This document shows, one piece after another, positions 37,839 to 51,819 of a DNA stretch of 64,000 nt. The notes under the pieces are model-generated. The model was not told the DNA's origin, did not search any database, and worked only from the letters and a program-made list of their open reading frames with translations. The stretch covers positions 1 to 64,000 of the forward strand of contig NMRA01000432.1 of the NCBI GenBank assembly GCA_002633005.1. The letters are read 5' to 3'. A program made the position numbers and the translations under genes. The DNA comes from Phoronis australis (lineage: Eukaryota; Animalia; Phoronida). Numbering within the stretch: the stretch's first letter is position 1; each line of letters begins with the position of its first letter.

Positions 37839-38119
37839 NTGGACCTCCGATTCTGGTTGAAACGACTTTTCAGGGCTTGTTTGGTTTCCCCAATATATGC
37901 TGCTCCACACCCCAGTTCCGAGTTGACGTACATTTGTGCAACTTCCAAGCCGATCCCGTCATGTGCCGTGCATGGAATAGATTCTTATCCACGACAATGA
38001 CTGGCGACTAAATTCCCGATCAGCAAATTGTCATCATCTCCCAAGAGAAGTCTAAAATGTTTAGGGGAATGGCGCGTGCGCGTCACCAGCGTGTTGCTTT
38101 CAAAACAACGAGAAACTTT

Positions 38120-39021
38120 TCTTTATACCACAATTTTAGCCTCGAATGGCAGATACAACCGTGTAATAAGCCATAAAGTTATCTCACTAGTGAGATAACA
38201 TTTGGCTGGAAACCGAGGCCGGATACGAACCCGGGTCTCAAGAGTTTCGAGTCGCCGAATTTACCACTACACCACTCAGCGGCTCACGTCATAGAACGTG
38301 AAAATAGAATACTTAAATGAGCACGCGCAACAATCGCATGTCCAGCATAGGGCATTGTACCGACATTTATATGCTATGAAACATAAGACGCATGATTTCC
38401 ATAAAAACGATATTTTAATTCAGTGAAATTTTTCTCTCGTGTTCTCTCACTTGTAAATCACCGATCTCTTATTTGAAACGGGTATAGTGTCGTCGGGATC
38501 CTTTGACTTGAGCATTATAGTCAGTTACTAGTGGTAACCTACTTTAGCAGACGATATTTTCCCTGTCGAAGTTTAGCGTGATAAAATGTGTAGTGAGCTA
38601 TAATAGTTGCTAAACCTTAATTTATAGATTCACTTTATTTCTATTTTATTTAAATTTTCAATTGGTTTTGAGTATAAGCATTATTTCACAAAAATAGCTC
38701 GGCTTTTCTAAAAGGTCACGATCTCCGACCCCGGGCCTCTGACATAGAAAGTAGTTACAAAGTCGAAGCGAGTCGATGAAGGTACATCGATTCATCGCAA
38801 TGTTTCTCGTTCAGTATGTGGTGTAAATAGATTATTACATGTTCTCAGTCGTTGTCCTCGTTATCTAGAGCCCTCGTGGATTTTGGAGAATTATCACCCG
38901 AGGGGCTCTCGATAACGGGGGGTAACGACTTTGCCATGTGATAAATATAGATTATTACATGTCGAAGTCGTTATCCCCCCTTATCTAGAGCCCGAGTGGA
39001 TTTTGGAGAATTATCGCCCGA
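38120..39021 (-). mobile_element. Copy 2 of the hairpin/tRNA-like repeat
   Basis: Reverse-complement similarity to 3965-4818 along its length. The hairpin end is partly deleted and partly duplicated. Confidence 0.75.
38212..38280 (-). pseudogene. tRNA-derived sequence (Pol III A and B boxes), copy 2
   Basis: GCTGAGTGGTGTAGTGGTAAATTCGGCGACTCGAAACTCTTGAGACCCGGGTTCGTATCCGGCCTCGGT, with B box GGTTCGTATCC. Confidence 0.6.
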
Positions 39022-39042
39022 GCACCGGCAAACTGGCCCTGA

Positions 39043-39169
39043 GTTCAGTAACGCTAGGACTTCGCTAAATAGTATGATTTCGCGAGATTACGTGAGATGT
39101 TGCCATGTACGTTAAACGAGAACGCGTGATTTTGGCTAATTTTTAGCAAGGTCCTAACGTTACTGAACT
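39043..39169. mobile_element. Small MITE
   Basis: TIR AGTTCAGTAACG(C/T)TAGGAC and GTCCTAACGTTACTGAACT. Confidence 0.6.
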
Positions 39170-40189
39170 ATGTGACAGGTTAAAAGTGATGGGGGAGAAC
39201 AATGGTATACCCTTGGCTACCAGTTGTACTTGATGGATGATTTTCTTTTCTCGTTTAAAGGTACCGGTTACTACAAAAAACAGCTCAAAATTGGAAATAC
39301 CGCTTTGTAAATATATATATATTTTAATCTGGATTACTGGTTCATAACATGTTCATAATAGGAAAAGAGGGGGCAAGAAATTCATTGGGCGTATTTACTT
39401 TGCCAGTCCGTAGGCGTTGATTTTTTCTGCTTACGAGCATCACCCCTACAGTACATGTACCGGGTCGAACATCATTTGAAGATCTGCGAACAATACATGG
39501 TCAGATACCGGATACGCTAAAAGAGGTGTGTATTAGACTCCATTTGTTGGAAGACAACAGAGTATGACGCCATGGCCACTGCGCTCTTTATTTGCCACAA
39601 TCTGTTGGCACAGCAATCGAATCCACGCTCTCTTATGATGGGAATAGTACCTAGATAACTTGATTGAGGAATTTGTTCACTACAACTGAACACGTGAATC
39701 GTACGAGCATGAATATATATGGACACGTGAATTTGAGGTTTGGTAATAAAGATGCATTGCGTGTATGTACTGCGTGGCATTACCACCACCACCACATTAA
39801 TTTTGTGAACGGCAAATGGACGTTCAACAAAAATGAAAAGCGATATTTAAGAACTACAAAATTGGACGACAAAAACAAATAATATTTCAAAACCACAGCT
39901 TTTATGTAATATTTTTGTTTCCAGACTTAAGCATGTATCGCCCGGACAACTTTCGTTTCCATTGTTAATACAGCGAAAGCTGATTACCGTACACTGACTG
40001 GCACCCGTGACCAGGTTCGAGTTAATACATTTACACTGCAAGTTGTAAAACTATTTGCCATGCATCTCAAATTAGCAAAGGTAACGTTTCTTTTAGTCAC
40101 GTGATTGTAGACCATTAAGTACCACCTGTTAGTTCACTGAATGGCCTCTGACATGTTTAGCTGCTAAAAACCTAGTTAACGGGCTTTCC

Positions 40190-40680
40190 TTAATTTTATT
40201 AATTACTCATGCCCTACTCCGGAAATGACGTTTAGGGGTTAAAAATTTCCTGCCGTTTTGTATCTGCGTTTGATTTTACTATGAGGATCTGCTCTACTAT
40301 TGTTTCGTCCTGGTATCCTATCTTTGTCGTCACCACTTCCCATCGACAAGTACCGTACAACAAGTTAAGTAGTTAGAGAACTCAATTACGTTGCGTTTAG
40401 GGATCATTTAGTTTCTAGTAGCCTGAAAATGTCTGAAGTTGGCGACCCATAACATACACAGTGATGTGGTGACGAGGAATTTTTTCATGAAGGCTATGTT
40501 TATTGGGACAGAATACGCACAGAAAGCTGCGGAGAAGTATGAGGCAGAGATTGAGGACAGTCGTGGTGGGATGTCTTGGTCCAAATTCATGTGTTCCCAC
40601 CGGATGGTGACTTGAGCACCCAAACCGCTTACATCCAGCCACGTTAGTCCTTCGCCTCACACCTGGCACCATTTGGTAAA
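40190..40680 (+). mobile_element. Degraded third copy of the same Kolobok family
   Basis: Collinear similarity to 30115-30790, for example tagagaactcaa, gtggtgacgaggaatttttt, ggatggtgac and cacacctggcacc. Confidence 0.7.
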
Positions 40681-41267
40681 ATGATTAGATTTTCGCATTT
40701 TGGTAATAATATTTACACGAGTGAAGCCCAAAGCTGTTATAAAACTGGGTTTAACTAAACAATAAAACCCTCTGCGAAGGAGAGGCGTTAAAGGTAAACG
40801 GAGGGAAGACGTGAAAAGAGCGTCGAAGTGACCAAGGATGCGTCCCGTTGATGAAAGTTTCGCGGACAAAGCTACTGTGATCATGTGCTTCGCTTATAAT
40901 CACGTCTGATATTTCGCATTTTTGCGGGTTCTTGCTGCTACGGAACGCAGACAAAGACTTACTTCAGTCCAAGACAAGTAATCATTGAGTATGTACTGCG
41001 AGGAGGATTCGTTGGGCACAACCGGGACTTACTTGTGTTAGTTTCGGCGTGCCACTCTCGAACAACTCATGCTAGATGGATTAGGTCATGATGTTGAGAG
41101 TATAAAGGTGCCTGAACACCTCACTCAGCTGGGGCCAATTGTTTCAGAATAGTTGCTGCTACCTCACCGAAACTCAAAATGTGAACCTAATTTCTAGAAG
41201 GTGCACAAGGAACATCAATTGCAATGCGACTGAGCATATTTTTTAAACTTAAAATTCTGGTACGTAC

Positions 41268-41567
41268 AGATTGAGTAGATTCTTGTGGTTAGCATCAAAG
41301 TGACCCCAGTGCGTGTGTTACGAGCTATGCAAAAAAGATTTGTTCCAGCCATTGCGGTAGTCGGGATGAAAGAGAGATGAGCCTCTGTGCCGCCTTTGGC
41401 ATACCTCGATTGAGCCTTCGCCACACCCTTCCATTCTATCGTAGCACTTGGTGAAGCCGAATCAGCCTCACAGGTCAACGTGCGACTTTTCATTTCCGTA
41501 AGGAACTGACTTCCATTTAATATCTTCGCTCCAGTGTCATCAGTAACACTAATTTTAGTTGGTCCAT
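41268..41567 (-). CDS. Multi-Ig gene, Ig exon 4
   Basis: tcag|ATGGACCA to |GTACGT; 300 nt, phase 1/1. GPTKISVTDDTG...RTLTCEADSASPSATIEW...NLFCIARN. Confidence 0.88.
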
Positions 41568-41649
41568 CTGATCGATAGAAAAACAGGTCACTTTTTACTT
41601 ATACAACATTGTAATTGTTTGCAATAATTTGTACATTCCTCACCAATAC

Positions 41650-44600
41650 ACATTAATCGTAGACATCGAACATAACGTATGCTGCTATAAGCATGTTGTA
41701 ATGCTGTTATTACGCCAAATTTGATTTTAAAAGATATCGATGCAAGTCGAAATTCGAAACGATAGGTTAACGATATCTAGCAGGCTTGAAAATCTCCCTG
41801 CCTGATCTGGTCAAGTACGGTGGTGTAGAGTTGTGACTTGTTCCAAGTGTAGGACTGCTGGCTGGACAGGTAAGTGTCACTCCAAGATCACGGCCTGGAA
41901 TTAGGAAGTTTGAATTATCGTGGAACAGTTATTTTGTTTTAAAATGACCCTGGATTCCAGTATCTGTTAAATGAACGTCCAACTCAGATACTCTAAGTTG
42001 TCCCCCGTCGAGAGAGTACACAGCACCTGCACAAATGGTCGAAGTAATTGACTTGCAATGGCATGGCTCTTCTGTAACATGGTCGTCTGTCGCTGGGCAT
42101 CGTTGCCCTGTAGGAGTTGATATCGTCGCACACAATGCAGTCGAGTGCCAGAAACGTAAAGAGCAGTGAGGATTTGTCATTGATAGCTTTGTCTTTTTAA
42201 CAGGTTCTTTACTGCTTTGACTTAGCATTCAATGAAACCGTTGCCGTTAGATCTTCTTGGCAAGTCGCGATGTGTTCGAACTTCCATTCCTCAGCAAACG
42301 TATTATATGGTTAGCCTTCCAAATGTGGACCGTTGCCATTGGCAACGTTGGTTGTTATTCTACACTACAGCGCTATTTGTAGATGGTTGAGAAGCTTTTT
42401 GCCACATGACACTTGCTGTAATTATCCGCAGTGGTTAAATACTACTTGCCACGGAGTTAAAAAGTAACAGTGGCCAGTGTCGACCATGGTTGGCTGGATA
42501 TGACGTGCTGCATCAGTGGCTCAGGAGGTTATGGTGTTCTCCCGTTGAGCCGACTTTGTTCGGTTGTATAGCACAACAACAAGCTGGGAGGGCGACCGCT
42601 CTAGCAAGTATCTTAAACGAATGATCAAGTCCATTCTGGCCTTTTATAGCGGGAGGATCATCTCTCTTTTGTTCTATAATTGCTCTGATCCCCGGTAACA
42701 TCGTATCTAGCCCGGCTAGTGAGACTGAACTGTTAAAAACAAAAGTTAAGTTGTAAATTGTTTGAACAAGGAACTATAACATTTGTAAATTCCACGTCAA
42801 ATGCTGGTCTTGTTTAGTTTCTGAATCACCAGAATCATCCAACCGAAGTTAAGACAATGTATTCTGTCCGAGCGTACCAACTCACTGGGTTTGGCTGTGT
42901 TCACCTGTGGTCGGTAATAAGCCTGGTAGATAATTGGCCTGCGTATTGTCATACTAGGCTGTTCTCACGCTCACAACACGCTATCACTGGTAAAGCCACT
43001 GAACACGGGCGAACGCCCCTAATGTGTTACATCGAGCAATTTCGTCTGAGGGTGTCTTTTATAATTACACACAGTACTTCTGGCTAACATTGTTGTTTTC
43101 TCCGCACCGAAGTGCGTAGTATAGCGTTGAGACACGAATCGTGTCTGCTGCATTGCTGAGAAGACTATTTACTCTCCTGTCAGCATAAGGAGATTGTGTA
43201 CTGACAACTGGTCTCGAAAATGTCAGAATTGACGGGTTTTTACGGGAACCTCTCAGAATTTATATGACCATGCCTTGACTATAGCTTCTCAGGCCTGTGT
43301 CTTGTCTAGAAGTGTGCTTTTCTAACTCAGACACTCGTGCCTCAAACAAATGGAAAAATTCAACTCCGACGTAAAGATCTACTGTACATTGGAGTTGTTA
43401 GGCTTTTCAAAAACAGACCCCTGCGATGATCTTGAAGTGTGCTCCATACAGGTACAAGTATATGTAAAATCATTGCGTGGCTGAAACAATAAGGAGCTCA
43501 CGTCTGATCCAAGCATGTCGTTGTTCTGTAACCATAAGGCTTTTGCTTGAAAACACCACACTTGAAGTACATGTAATGCTGGTCCGCCGCCTCACAAGCT
43601 GGCACTGAATTGTACGTGTTTTTTCCAGTTTCTTGGTATCTAATGGTTTCCTGGTACCGTAATACTGTAGGAAAGAAGTTTGGGATAACTTGTTTTTACT
43701 TGTTTTTGTTGGTTGATTGGTATTGGCAAAGATTCCAGATTTTGTAGGGTCTGGTTTCAAACCACTATCAGTGTTGGTATTGCCAAAAATTAGATGGCGG
43801 TTGTCTCTATTTCCAACTTTTGTGAGTTTAGAACAAGGCTTTTTTTGCAACTTCCATGAAATGGATGAAAATGTTGACCCGCTTTTCTTGCGCTTCCACG
43901 AATATGATTATACTCTTTTAAAATATGTCCTGAATTAACGAGTCAGACAGTTTTCAGAGGCAATGGCGTTCAAAGACGGTCCTTAATGTTACTAGTCTAG
44001 TTCTTGCCCTTCTAGGTTTAGCTGTACTGACCAATAGCCCGCCTTTTCGTCTAATTTTGAGAAAGACCAAAACTACAAATGCGTGGTTAATCTCTGGTTT
44101 CGTAATTCGTAACTAAATCTACCCAGTCTGTTGGGTCCTCGATTTTCCTTATAATTCCTCTTTTGAATCACTTTGTTGAGCTCTTCTTTGACTTTCCTTT
44201 CTAACTATTGAGCTTTTCCTTGGTGGATAGATGTGAAAGGTACCTCGAGATCTATGACGAGCACGTGTTCTATTTTGAAGCCACCGACTCGGTCAAATTG
44301 CAAAAGGTTTAGTAGTTTTGTGATCATTCATTGATTGCACAATGGTGCTTTGCTGTTATGATTGGAAAAGAAATGTATAGTTACCACGTTCAGTGCATCG
44401 TGAATCGGAAGTCCGGAGCTACAGGAATGTTTAGCATGGCGTCATTTTGACATCATTACGACGTTTTGGACCCAGTGTGACGGCATTTCTATTCTTATTT
44501 CCGGTTCAAGTTGCGCCTTTTACTTCCATGACACGTCATCACTAAGCATCCGAATATTCCGATAGGTATTGCACAAAAATATTGATGCCTTGCCATTCCC

Positions 44601-45830
44601 TGTTATTTGTACTAGCTGAAGTGTTGTCATTTTGAGACAAGCAGCATTGGTTCTTTTGCATGCGGTTAATTTAGCGTGAGTCTCCGGATGTAGACATGCC
44701 TTGTTGTCGATTTGGTGCGGGTACATGTCTCCGTATCTCCTGAACGGCAAGGAATTTAAGTTGTGTTCTCCTTCTTTTACAAGAAGCTTTATTTCGATGA
44801 GGCGAATGCCTTCATGGTGTCTTGGCTCAAAGCTCTTCTATGTGAGGACTATTTCCGAATCCTGCGTCTCACGGATTGACTGCTTTCTCAACTGCGTGGA
44901 TTGTCCGTTTTGGGTCACAAGGCCCAGGGTTCTTTTGAGGCCTGCTAGGGGGTGTTGCTTGTTTACTTATTTGAGGTGAGACACACCATGGGCAAGTGAG
45001 CAACTTTTCCGCAGCGACTATCTTTCAGATTTCATCTTAAGCTGAGCAGTCATTGTTGTCGACCAAAAGTGTGATGTAGTATCGGCACTTGGGTATAGCT
45101 TTGATCCTGTAAACGATTTAGACTTTTATAACCATGAACTGCGGGTGTGTCTTGACGGCGTCGGAGCTGCAATCTGTTTCTACGCAATTCTTAAGGGAGA
45201 AGCTTTTTTCTTTGGTTACTATTTTGTGGAATTCAGCTTGATACGTTTAGTTCAGCTAAGTGCTCGATGGAGAAGGGCACTTGTAGGCGTGTAACTTACA
45301 CCTGCTTAAGAAGTCTCCGGCGTTTCATCTGCTACTTGTCGGTGTGTGCTTGGTTTTACTTTAACTTTATATTGGTTCAATTTGATCTGCAAACTTGACG
45401 AAGGGTTACTCCGTCGGGTAGGGTCTACATTAGCGTCCCAACTGTTGTTATCTTTGTCCATCATCACTCACACTTAAATTGATGTGCACGACTTCGTGTT
45501 CTTGTTTGATTTCCTTTATTGTGAGGCATACCTCAAGTTTGGCGGAAATACCTCTGGTAGATTGGGCGGCGCCCAGTCTAACATTGAACTTTTGTCTACC
45601 ATTGCAAGTGTTGCGTAGTACAGAAGCACTGTGGTCTTGGTTCAATAAGATGGGTGGACTGGGTAAATAAAAGGATTGCCATGTATTCACAGCTGTTGTA
45701 ATTCCGTTATTACTAATTAAATCTTAGATTTCATAAACGCACCACTGCCATCATGTAATGAGTTGTAGAATACCCATTACTAAACATTAATCGTAGACAC
45801 AAAACATTTAAACGGGACATAACGCACTAC
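41650..45830 (-). mobile_element. Heavily degraded Ty3/Gypsy retrotransposon
   Basis: Integrase remnants at about 41930-42720 (PWSTLAT..F.LRGK.YLTTADNYSK, NGP, FAEEW, NPH..LRF). Shared short repeats at both ends (cattaatcgtagaca at about 41651 and 45785). Boundaries are approximate. Confidence 0.6.
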
Positions 45831-48071
45831 CAAGATACGATACATGGCTGCCTGTACACGAGAGTGGTAACTACTATAGAACTCTTGCCCTGGAATGCCT
45901 AATCCGGCGCGTGACCTATATAATTTTACTTATCGTTAGGGCTTGCGACTCCGAGATTAGGTGCAAGCATAGATACTCTATCGCTTATGGTGCAAGAATT
46001 TCCAGCTGCCTGCTCAACTAAGTTTTGATCCGAGAGTTGTACATATAGTAGTCAAATCAAGCCTAATTTCATTCATTTGCTTCATTTTCATTTTGTTATT
46101 ATTGTTCATCAAGCGATACTCTTGGGGTACAGTTCAATACAATCAGCGATTTCTTGCAAAATTAGTCAACAAACCCAACAATTACACTGGTAATTTTTTA
46201 AGCATCGACCTGTAGCCGTGGATGGATGCCGGAAGAATCTTAGCCTCTGATATATTTTTTAGCTCCAGTCCTCTAATTACTTTCGACAACCTATCATATT
46301 ACATGCCAGGAGTTCTTCAGCAAGACATCTTTGGGTGTTTAAATTGTGTTACAGTATTTTACGAAAGAAGTTACATTTGGCCTAAATGAAAAGTTTAGGA
46401 CCCAGAAACTGGGTGTTTACGCAACTTTCGAAAACTTACTTATAATTGCCTAGGTAAGTGTGTGTGTGTGTTTGTGTGTGTGTGTGTTTTCCATTGTTTA
46501 TATAATAATCCATTTGTGCAATGTTCACCTGTTGCCCACATGTCGTTTTTCCTTAATTCGATTTCCGAGAGAAGTAGGCCTACCTTCATCGGTGTTATTT
46601 ACCGGGAAATAATTTTTTTAAGAATGAAAAGTTTACCATGTAAAAGAGCCCTATCCAGTACTACGTGTTGCTTCCAGCGTTCAGTGTATTTGCCAATTGC
46701 CCCGCTCATGACAGACTGTCCTACTTTTTGGATTATTCCGCTTTCCCGCCACAGCATCTGTATGTCCCGCTTCTTGACACATGGCCAAATTGAAATATCA
46801 TCATGTACTCATATACATGTATTATTGTAATTTCACACGCGACATAGTCATATTTTCCCGCTCGATTAAACCAAAAAACAAAATCAGGACGTTTGATTGG
46901 ATTTTGTGGCACCTTCACTCTCCCATTCAACTATAAAAACCAACCACAAAAACGCTTACGAGTATTTTTGGGTGTAAGTCTTGGTGTGTTGCAGAGAACA
47001 TCCCATACTTACGTTTTGGCTTAGACCCAGAAGCCCCGCTTTTTATCGTGAAGTCCAATTCCCACGTTTTTCGTTCTTAAATATTGACAACTAGGCAGCA
47101 GGTGTTCAAAAAAGAATTCTCTCATTTCGTGAATAATCTTTATTTCCAGAGTCCACTTTCTTTAGTTAAATAAGAATCATAAAAATGTATCAGGATCACT
47201 AACTTTTAATTCTAAACTTTTAAAGACCTACATTGCTGCCAATGGGAAGAGCTATCCCCAGTACATTTCAAAGATACGTAAAAATGTTTGCCCATTTTTA
47301 TCGATCAGAAAACCTTTATTTGCAAATTTATGATAGATACTTGGAGTAGTTTATTGCATTTTCGTAAGATTCACTGCATTTAATTTTTTTACTGAAGAAT
47401 GTAAATGTATCAAACGGTGCCAAAGTTCCAGTTATATATCTTATATAAAAATTATACTTTTGGGCGAATGCCCGACTAAGTTTCCAAAGCAAATGTGAGA
47501 GACCCATATTCTAATTTTTGGATCATTTAAATCATTTCCCTATATAATGCCGTAACAAGTCGTTTTTAACCTCTCATTCCTTCTTCGTGTTACTATTTAA
47601 ACGCCGTTATTTTTCGCATTTTGGTAGCACACTTGCTTTTTTAGAATTAAAAAATACGCGAAATGAGAATTACTGATGTATTTAAATTATTTATTACCTT
47701 CTTCTTCTGGTATAATCATCAAGAACTGATCAAGTTTTATAACTACATGGTTCTTGCTCAATTCTGTTGAAAAACGGAAAATCCCATAGCAAGTACACAC
47801 ACCGGACACAAACGAATGCAAACAACTCGCACACATGCGAGGCACAACCTCAGCGGCTGCGAGGTCGGAGTTGGCATTCCAGGGTTATAGAGCTCTGTAA
47901 CCATTCTAAGATTCGACGACTTACAGTACTTGTCATGACTGCCATTTGAATTTATCACTTTGCGATGGACTCTTAAACTAAATCATCCATTTGCCTCTTT
48001 ACCTGACATTCAGGTCACTAATTATAATATTACTTCATTTGGTCAAAATCTATGATCATAAGTTTTCTTAC

Positions 48072-48386
48072 ATGGTACCTCCAACGTGACGTACGAAAAT
48101 AACTGCAAGTTGCGTTGCTTATCGCGTGCAGTGCACAAAGGCTCAAGGCCGTTCATTGATTGTTGTGCTGTGAACAGAAGCTCCTTGCTGTGCGTGGACG
48201 AATCCTTGTCGAAAACAACAGCTTTCACTTTGCTGGGGAATGACGCTCTCCATGATAGCTTCGGTATCCCCACCTTGTCTTCAATTGTGCAAAGTAAAGA
48301 GTAAGAATTTCCCTCTCTCATTAGGAACGCATCGCCTGTTTGGTATGTCTGAGTCCCACTCTTTATTATCACGTGAGTTGGGTTAG
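48072..48386 (-). CDS. Multi-Ig gene, Ig exon 3
   Basis: acag|CTAACCCA to |GTAAGA; 315 nt, phase 1/1. NPTHVIIKSG...YSLLCTIEDKVGIPKLSW...NGLEPLCTARD. Confidence 0.85.
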
Positions 48387-50362
48387 CTGTCGGTGAATAC
48401 ACAACATAAATATTCGTATTACGTCTACATTTAACGTCTGCATAATCAAAAATATTGTCTACAACGCATTCATATTCTAGCACACAACAACGCGTACTTT
48501 CTGAAAATATGTAATTCCTAACAAAGTTATAACTGCGGGTTATCAATCTAAGGGCGTGCATAAAATTCGTTTGCACCAGCGTGTGGCTCTACTCCTGGCT
48601 GTATGCATCATGAGAGGCATGGCTGTCTGAGGGAGGACATGGTAAAGTTGCTCCGATCGCTACCAAATTGGCCCCCCTCCCCATCGGTCACCACCATTTC
48701 CCAACGTTGTCATCTCATCGCCATTTTCAACCCCCCAGAAACGTTTCACTCACCCCCACCTCCCCACCCCCCTGGTCGCCGCCAACTTGAACCCATCCTT
48801 CAAGAATGGTCAAAATAGTTGATATCTTTTTGTGTGTCATTAATGCAGCGTATGTCCTCCAGGGAGGTTTGTCATTTGGTGCTGCGCTGCAAGCAATGGG
48901 GCTATTCGGAAAATTTACAGTAACTAGAGGGCGCGCGTGTACTAGTGGTGATAGATTAACAGTCTCGATTTCGCGAGCCCTTTAAATACATGTAACTATA
49001 ATGTCGAAGCCTGCTTTCTATGTTGGAAACAAATAACAAAGCCTTTGAAAAGGGACAGCTAATTGTATGTAAGTTGTTTTGTTAATTTACTTATTTAGGC
49101 TCTTAGCGGGAGGTTGGCATAGGAGGTTGGGGTTGTAAAAGTTGGTGCATCTGAAAGTGTGGAAATAACAGGTAATATTGTCAGGGGGAAAGAGCATGGT
49201 GAGATAATTCTTAATCTTCATGAAGTTCTTTCACGTTTCATGAAACGGTTTTGCTATCCATTGAAAACCCATAAAATATATTGCATTTTCTGAATTTTCA
49301 ATGACTGAACAGTCTTAATTCATGCCTTGAAATGTTGCAAATCGTTCATAAAATCATGACTGCCATTTCTTGTGAAAATAGCATTTTTGCTTTGAACATA
49401 CGAGTGAGGTGGTATTTGAACATATTATTTTTGCTGCCAATACGCACCGAATGGTGCCTCAGGATTTTTAATTACTTTTAAACAACACACAGATGAGCTA
49501 TCATTTTTTACCCAAGTCTTCATATGTTCCGTTAGAAGAAAAATAAAAAAATCTGAGAAACAGTTCGCTCAGCCTTAGACCAGCAGTGTGGTAATTTGGC
49601 AAATTGACAGACTCGTGAAAGAGTAATCAGTGTTCCAATCTGCTGAAAGTATCAAAAATCAAAAGTCCTGAAAATGGGTGCCCCTTTCTTGAAATTGTCT
49701 CAAGAAATAACTTGCAGATTTTGCAGACAATTGATACGTATAAAGACTTGTTATGGCTAGGAATGAAAATAAAAGATGCAGTTTTATCCCACACGCGTTG
49801 AATCTGACGAGGGAAATACGGCCATGTAATAATTTTTTCCGTATTCACCTGCCGCACTACTTCGACAGTGGAAATTTCAAAAGGTAGGTCAATGTCGACT
49901 GGACGTCTTCAGCCGGTTCGATCATCAAACTTTCCGAATATAGTTTAAAGTAATACAGTTGCAGCAGTGTAAGTAACACTCGACATGCAACCAGGACCAA
50001 AACGTAAAATCTGGAACAAATTGTTAATTATATGACACTTCTGTCTCAGTTTTCAATTGCTGAATACTATATCGTCTGCAACTCAGGCACCGATTCCTGG
50101 GAAATTACAATTTCAAACATTGTGTTATTTAACTATTTCCAGGAGGTGTTCACCGCACAGTTGCCGTTGTTTTCATCTTTGTTGCCTCTTTTCAAGAAAT
50201 AAATCGTTACTTTTAAAACTGTTTCTTTTACAAGAGAAAACTTGCAACCTAACGCGTAAGTACACACATATAGAATGTGATCAGCCATGTGAACAGTCTG
50301 AGTGAAGTATTTAAGAAATCTGCAGAAAGATGGAAGAAACTTAGGAATTCGAAGCGCATGGG

Positions 50363-50513
50363 ATAAATACAAAACGTACCTCGATTGGCGTACATGAAGT
50401 AATATCCCACTCGACCTTATTCCGCGTATCGACCACGACCTTCGGTGTCGGTCATATGAGGAAAAACGTCTCGTGGGATATTACTTCACTCTCGGTACGT
50501 TTTGTGTATTTAT
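50363..50513. repeat. Palindromic element of about 150 bp
   Basis: Arms ATAAATAC..AAAACGTACC..TGAAGTAATATCCCAC and GTGGGATATTACTTCA..GGTACGTTTTG..GTATTTAT. Confidence 0.75.
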
Positions 50514-50799
50514 ACAATAGTTATTATATCCACCCTTGTTTTCTGGGAATAGTAATCATTTAATTTTGAGTTAAATTGTAGAGCATGCAGTTACTATATC
50601 ATATTTTTGAAAAGCAGATGCAACATTTATGACCCAACCTAAAGTACTTCTTGTTTCACTATTTGTTCGAGCCGCAACATAGACAAGCTGTGTTACTCGT
50701 TTCTCTTTCCTAAGCATGTCCACCCACCAGCAGTGCTGCATGACACAATGTATAAGCCAGTGGGCCTGTAGAGATGTGAATCACAGTACTAAATTACCA

Positions 50800-51170
50800 T
50801 AAGGAAATGTGCTAGTGGATTGTTTCTGCGTGAGGAAGCACTATATCTGGCTGCTACATAAGCCAGCCTCGTTGGTGAGGATACCACAATTGCCACTGTT
50901 GAGATAAAATGCCCTTTCATAGGCAGTGAGTCATGCGTGCACAACAATGACTTATTTGCTTTACTGGAAGAGGCATGATGGACTGAAGTTAAAGACGAAC
51001 TATTAACACTCAGGTCTAGTTCAAGGTCAGATTTTGGGCAAAAACGAGTCAAGTTTTATGTTGTTGTGTTTACCTTCAAGGATCAAATAGTGGATGTTAT
51101 TGAGGCTGGAAGTTACAATAAGGAAAGCCAAGTGCGGAAACTGGACTTATTTTACAAGCGTCTCTACCGT
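50800..51170 (+). pseudogene. YqaJ/lambda-exonuclease remnant
   Basis: SGLFLREEALYLAAT*ASLVGEDTTIATVEIKCP followed later by VQGQI, matching the YqaJ motifs (A-S-P-D-G, E-x-K-C-P, Q-x-Q-G-Q). Contains stops and frameshifts. Confidence 0.7.
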
Positions 51171-51819
51171 TTGTAGCCAAGGTCATTGAAACTAGATCCC
51201 AGTGAAACGAAAACCAAAAGCATCTGGTATAAATGTCCTTTCTCACTGAGTGACATTAACTTTTCCTCTTAGAAGAATGGCTTTATACTAATGGTAAAAG
51301 CTTTTCCATTCCGTACACGTTATACAAAAATGCCATTCAGTGAATGCAATGATTTTCTTATTGTCAGTGGAAAACCAGTTATCAAGGGTTGACTTTATGA
51401 ATTGAGGTGTACAATTCTCTCAGGTTATTGCTGAAGGACTGCTTTTCACATGCCGCTGGTTTCAGTCGTTTTCTATCACCTGTAAAAGAATAGTGAGAAA
51501 AAGAGTAGCAAACTATAAACGAAAACTAAAAGACAAAACTAGTTTTGTAAGTCAGAAGGCACTTGACACTTCACCTTCATGTTTATATGTAGAAACTAAT
51601 AAACCCCTCTCTCCCCTCCCCAAATAATATTTTTCGATAGCCTTTACAATCTTTGTACTCAAGCCTAACGTCTGAATTGAAATATGTGAAACAGGCTAAA
51701 TAAGACTGTGCATGACGCCTATAATGTGTTTCTGATCTCAACAAATAAAATTCATTCCAGTTGCCGATGTTCATTCCAATACAATATTACTAATTTATTG
51801 AATAGTCCACACATGTTAA

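Noticed and set aside
37714-38047. Duplication of about 125 bp flanking an 80-bp Penelope fragment
   Set aside because: The junction falls on a single N (37839) and the fragment duplicates about 36117-36199, so a local mis-assembly is more likely than real structure.
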